Positions 60,245 to 64,000 of a stretch of DNA of 64,000 bases are shown in pieces. Made by a program: the position numbers and the translations under genes. The notes under the pieces were generated by a model. That model was not told the origin of the DNA and made no database searches. It saw nothing but the letters and a program-made list of their open reading frames with translations. How positions within the stretch are numbered: the first letter of the stretch is position 1; each line of letters begins with the position of its first letter. Origin of the DNA: Bdellovibrionales bacterium (GTDB lineage Bacteria; Bdellovibrionota; Bdellovibrionia; Bdellovibrionales; UBA1609); the NCBI GenBank assembly GCA_965261545.1, contig CBDHDF010000010.1, positions 224,001 through 288,000 of the forward strand. The letters run 5' to 3'.

Positions 60245-61336
60245 GTGCAAGAAGTCAACAACACACAGATTGACGCGATGTGCCGCTGTGGATCGGGAAA
60301 ACTTCATCGGTATTGTTGCTTTAATAAGGTGATTAAGTTTCCAAGAAAGAGTCAATTTGAAGGAAATAGCTTCCATACAGTCCAGGAACTTCTTGCAATG
60401 GCCACAGAAGCTTTAAAGGAGCAAGAATTTCATTCACTTGAGGAAATCAATACCGAGCTTGCTCGCTTTTACAATAATCAAAATAATTTGCCTAAAGCAC
60501 CTTTCTTAGGGCTCACACCCGCACAAATGCATCGGATTCTCTACACTCCCTTTGATTTAAGCAATGAGATATTTCACTTTGATTATGTAAACCACCAGGC
60601 AGAGATTATCAATACTCCTCTCATCAACAGTGCTATTTATTTCTTGAATTATTTAAAAGAAGCTAAGTACTTGCGAGCCACAGCAAAGGGAAACTTGCCT
60701 ATGGTTTTTGTCAAGAGCTTTTACCAAGATCTTATTTCTAAGGACCCTGAACTTAGTCTTATTTACTCTAAATCTTTCCAAAGACGTTTTCCTTGCCGCA
60801 AAGAAGGAGATCTTTATCAATTAAAGTGCCTTAAACACTTACTACTTATGCAAGGAATCATAAAAAAAAGAGCTGGTAAATTTTCTCTCACTAAAAAGGG
60901 AGAAAAAATTATTGAAACTAACAATACCCTGAAACTTTTTGAGAACCTCGTTGAGGCTCTTTTTAATAAATTTAATTGGGGATTTCAAGATCTTTACCCA
61001 AGCTTCTCACTGATTCAATCCAGTGCTGTTTTTAATGTATACTTATTACATAAGCATGCTAATAACTGGATTTCAAAATCAGAACTCGGCGAAATCTACT
61101 TGCGAGCTTTTCCTAAATTGATTGAAGAAGCTCCTTATTCATACTTAACTCCTGAGGATGATGTCATCAATAGCTTTTCTTTTCGCTTCTTGGAAATCGT
61201 TTCTTATCCTTTGGGGTGGGTGAAAGTCGACCCCATGGAAGAGGGAATGCATCACTATAATTTCAAAGTAAGTGCCTTCTTTAAAAAGTGCTTTAAGCCC
61301 TTACAGGACTTAAACTCGCCTTCTTTGGATACATAG
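60245..61336 (+). CDS. SEC-C motif protein
   Basis: CRCGSGKLHRYCC; AT-rich; convergent with tRNA-Ser. Confidence 0.7.
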   Translation: MQEVNNTQIDAMCRCGSGKLHRYCCFNKVIKFPRKSQFEGNSFHTVQELLAMATEALKEQEFHSLEEINTELARFYNNQNNLPKAPFLGLTPAQMHRILYTPFDLSNEIFHFDYVNHQAEIINTPLINSAIYFLNYLKEAKYLRATAKGNLPMVFVKSFYQDLISKDPELSLIYSKSFQRRFPCRKEGDLYQLKCLKHLLLMQGIIKKRAGKFSLTKKGEKIIETNNTLKLFENLVEALFNKFNWGFQDLYPSFSLIQSSAVFNVYLLHKHANNWISKSELGEIYLRAFPKLIEEAPYSYLTPEDDVINSFSFRFLEIVSYPLGWVKVDPMEEGMHHYNFKVSAFFKKCFKPLQDLNSPSLDT

Positions 61337-61401
61337 GAGGTGTAAGTAAATAACCGCAGTTGCAATTCTTCTTAATTTAACTGAAATAAGTTCAAAGTAA
61401 A

Positions 61402-61489
61402 TGGCGGAGAGAGTGAGATTCGAACTCACGGTACGTTGCCGTACACACGCGTTCCAGGCGTGCGCCTTAGACCACTCGGCCACCTCTCC
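61402..61489 (-). tRNA. tRNA-Ser(GGA)
   Basis: GGAGAGGTGGCCGAGTGGTCTAAGGCGCACGCCTGGAACGCGTG...GTTCGAATCTCACTCTCTCCGCCA; long variable arm. Confidence 0.97.
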
Positions 61490-61690
61490 TAAGCTTCTTA
61501 TAATAATGTTTTCCCTAAGTAGCAATCTTTTTTAAGTTACCAATATTACCAATAATGGTGGTGAGTTTTACGCGCAAAGAGCTTTGAATTTGTCCTTGAG
61601 TTATTTCAAATGACTAGACATGTAATAATATAATGGTAATTATATAAAAAAGTTATACCAAGACCTGAACTTTATGCTAGCATAATTTTC

Positions 61691-63043
61691 ATGGATCACA
61701 TGAATCAGTTATTTTCCAAGGGAGAGTTTATATTTCATCAAGGTGATGAAGGGGACTATGCCTATATTATTGAAGAGGGGAGCATTGAAATTTTCCTCGA
61801 AGAAGGGGGAGATGAAATTCCCGTGGCGAGGTTGGGAGTGGGTGAAATTTTTGGAGAAATGGTGACTCTTCATGCCCATGGTTCCAACTCCGATGGAGGA
61901 TCACTCCGTTCGGCCTCAGCTCGTGTCATGAAAGATTGTTGTTTATCTATTGTTTCTCGAAGCCAACTGCATTCTTCTTTTGAAAAAGCCGGTCCTATTT
62001 TAAAGCTTTTGGTAAATACTTTTCTTCAGAGAATGGGTGCGGGATTACAGAAAAAATCCATTGAGGAAAATCCTCACGAGAAGCTAAAAATGGCTAGCCT
62101 CGAAACTAATCTCTCCACCCCTCCCTCCAGTTGGCAAGGGCAAAATCATGAAACCTTACACCATGAAGCTTTAGGCTATGAGTATGGCTTTAGTAACAAA
62201 GGGATTATGGCAAAAATGAATTTTGAGCAAGATATTAAAGAAGCTTTTGAGAACAAAGAGTTTTTTATTCAATATCAACCCATTGTGCATATGGCATCAC
62301 GCCAGTTGGCGGGATTTGAGGCTCTCATTCGTTGGAAAAGTCCCACAAAGGGTTTGGTTCGCCCCGATTTATTTATGGCTGTGGCTGAAGAAGGAAGTCT
62401 TATGGCGCCCATAGGTCGGTGGGTGTTGCAGCAAGCTATTAAAGATTTGAAAGAAATCACGAGGACCTTGGAGTGCAAGCCCTTTATGGCCATCAATGTT
62501 TCAGGTCGGCAGATTGCGGATTCCAGCTTTTTTAAAACTCTTGAAAATGAACTTGATAAAACGGGTTGTGACCCCGCCCAAATCAAGCTCGAACTCACCG
62601 AGAGAGTTTTTGTGGAAGGAAGGGTGGCGAAGAATTGGATTCACCATTGCCAAGAAATGGGTGTGACGGTGGCCCTTGACGATTTTGGAACAGGATACTC
62701 AAGTTTAGGATCATTGAGAGAATTAAAAGTGGACAATTTTAAAATTGACCGCTCCTTTGTGAGCCATCTTATGACAGACAAGGTAAGCACGGTGATTGTT
62801 CAGGGTCTTATGAGTATTGCCCAAGGTTTGGGCATTGCCGTGGTGGCTGAAGGTATCGAAACCAGAAAGCAGGAACAAGGGCTCAATGAGATGGGTTGTT
62901 CCTATGGCCAGGGCTATATTTACTCGAAATCTCTTTCACTGGATCAAGTCATAGAGCTTTGTCAACAAAAACAAATTGACACGAAAAGCCCTTCCCCTCA
63001 AAGAATCATAGAGTTTGGTCCTCTTTCCCCAAGCTTTGTGTAG
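61691..63043 (+). CDS. cNMP-binding / EAL c-di-GMP phosphodiesterase (Bd1971-like architecture)
   Basis: IFHQGD.GD.AYII..G, FGEM, RSASA; YQPIV, EALIRW, INVS, ELTE, LDDFGTGYSS, KIDRSF, AEGIET, QGY. Confidence 0.92.
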   Translation: MDHMNQLFSKGEFIFHQGDEGDYAYIIEEGSIEIFLEEGGDEIPVARLGVGEIFGEMVTLHAHGSNSDGGSLRSASARVMKDCCLSIVSRSQLHSSFEKAGPILKLLVNTFLQRMGAGLQKKSIEENPHEKLKMASLETNLSTPPSSWQGQNHETLHHEALGYEYGFSNKGIMAKMNFEQDIKEAFENKEFFIQYQPIVHMASRQLAGFEALIRWKSPTKGLVRPDLFMAVAEEGSLMAPIGRWVLQQAIKDLKEITRTLECKPFMAINVSGRQIADSSFFKTLENELDKTGCDPAQIKLELTERVFVEGRVAKNWIHHCQEMGVTVALDDFGTGYSSLGSLRELKVDNFKIDRSFVSHLMTDKVSTVIVQGLMSIAQGLGIAVVAEGIETRKQEQGLNEMGCSYGQGYIYSKSLSLDQVIELCQQKQIDTKSPSPQRIIEFGPLSPSFV

Positions 63044-63303
63044 CATCACCCAATGGCTTCATTGTGGAGGGTGCCCCCATGAGAAGTTATACATATATAT
63101 TATAATTATACTCGAAATCAAAATTGAAAGTCTAAAAGTAAATTTGATGCTAAGTATGCCATCTGGTCAGTTCAATAACGCAAATTGTTATTCTCCCAGC
63201 ATCAATTAAAGGAACCACTATGTTACATTATAGACTTATAGCAATATAAAATAATACAAATTATTTGAGAAATTTATACCCAGACCTTGGATTTATGTAT
63301 AAG

Positions 63304-64000
63304 ATGACTGGCATGAATCGATTGTTTTCTAAGGACAAATTCATATTTCATCAAGGCGACGAAGGGGACTGTGCCTATATTATTGAAAAAGGGTCTGTGG
63401 AAATTTTCCTTGAAGAGAGTGGAGTTGAAATATCTATCTCGATGTTGGGTGTGGGTGAGATCTTTGGAGAGATGGCAATTCTTGATTCCTGTGAGCGGTC
63501 AGCTTCGGCCCGAGCCCTTGAAGATTGTGATTTATTCGCTGTTTCTCGATGTCACTTATACTCTCATTTTGAAAAAGCTGATTCTACCATCCAACTTTTG
63601 ATGAAAGTCTTTCTCAGAAGACTTCGTGCAGGGCTGGAAGAAAAAGCCAGGGAAAGAAAACCCTTTCGACAATCGAACACTGAGGCAAGTCTCTCAATAA
63701 AGCCCCATCATGGGAACGGTAAGAGCCATGAAACTCATGGCAACTACGACGAGGATCAAGGGAGTTGTGAAACTCACGGGCATGAAAGTTACCAGGTTCA
63801 AGAGATCATTAATAAAATTCGTTTTGAACAAGATATTCAAGAAGCCTTTGAAAAAAAAGAGCTTTTTGTTTGCTATCAACCCATTGTGAATATGGCATCA
63901 CATCAACTGGCTGGATTTGAGGCTCTTGTGCGCTGGAAAAGTCCCACAAAAGGTTTGCCTTGTAACGATATATTTCTAGCGGTGGCCGAAGATAGAGATC
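63304..64000 (+). CDS. Second tandem cNMP-EAL paralog (runs off the right edge; not in the ORF track)
   Basis: My translation MTGMNRLFSKDKFIFHQGDEGDCAYIIEKG...FGEMAILDSCERSASA...YQPIV...EALVRWKSP is open to the window end. Confidence 0.9.
   Translation, partial: MTGMNRLFSKDKFIFHQGDEGDCAYIIEKGSVEIFLEESGVEISISMLGVGEIFGEMAILDSCERSASARALEDCDLFAVSRCHLYSHFEKADSTIQLLMKVFLRRLRAGLEEKARERKPFRQSNTEASLSIKPHHGNGKSHETHGNYDEDQGSCETHGHESYQVQEIINKIRFEQDIQEAFEKKELFVCYQPIVNMASHQLAGFEALVRWKSPTKGLPCNDIFLAVAEDRD

Noticed and set aside
59215..61401. Second integrative element at tRNA-Ser
   Set aside because: No direct repeat of the tRNA 3' end in the right orientation and no integrase; only AT-rich accessory genes.
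61310..61525. 71-aa ORF
   Set aside because: It is the tRNA-Ser gene read as codons.

Overview
Bacterial window, most likely Bdellovibrionota; this is inferred from the RomR-like regulator next to nadC-birA, the MaeB-PTA hybrid and the cNMP-EAL phosphodiesterases. It has two parts. (1) Positions 1-27395 look like a mosaic genomic island or ICE remnant at the 3' end of tRNA-Asp(GTC), running off the left edge. It holds a VirD4/TraD-like coupling-protein operon behind a sigma54 -24/-12 motif. Divergent from it is an operon of an NtrC-type activator, a giant ankyrin lipoprotein, a histidine kinase and two T4SS-like envelope proteins. Next is a cargo block: a secreted HNH nuclease, a trypsin-like protease with 16 hypervariable Cys-rich 32-aa repeats, alpha-2-macroglobulin and PbpC. 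The block is bracketed by transposase-less IS21-like ends and followed by duplicated XRE regulators and several structured non-coding elements. (2) Positions 27473-64000 are mostly core genes: hpt, birA, nadC, romR-like, lptG, a second giant ankyrin lipoprotein, a TonB2-type cluster, aroA plus an AroK-AroD-AroE fusion, gloB, pdxJ, maeB, hflX, tRNA-Ser(GGA) and tandem cNMP-EAL genes. The best candidates for something new are the protease with a repeat array varying on one helix face, the sigma54/two-component-gated coupling-protein locus with its ankyrin lipoprotein family, and the IS21-end-bounded cargo with a captured 96-bp piece of its own alpha-2-macroglobulin gene. All calls come from reading motifs by eye; no searches were run.
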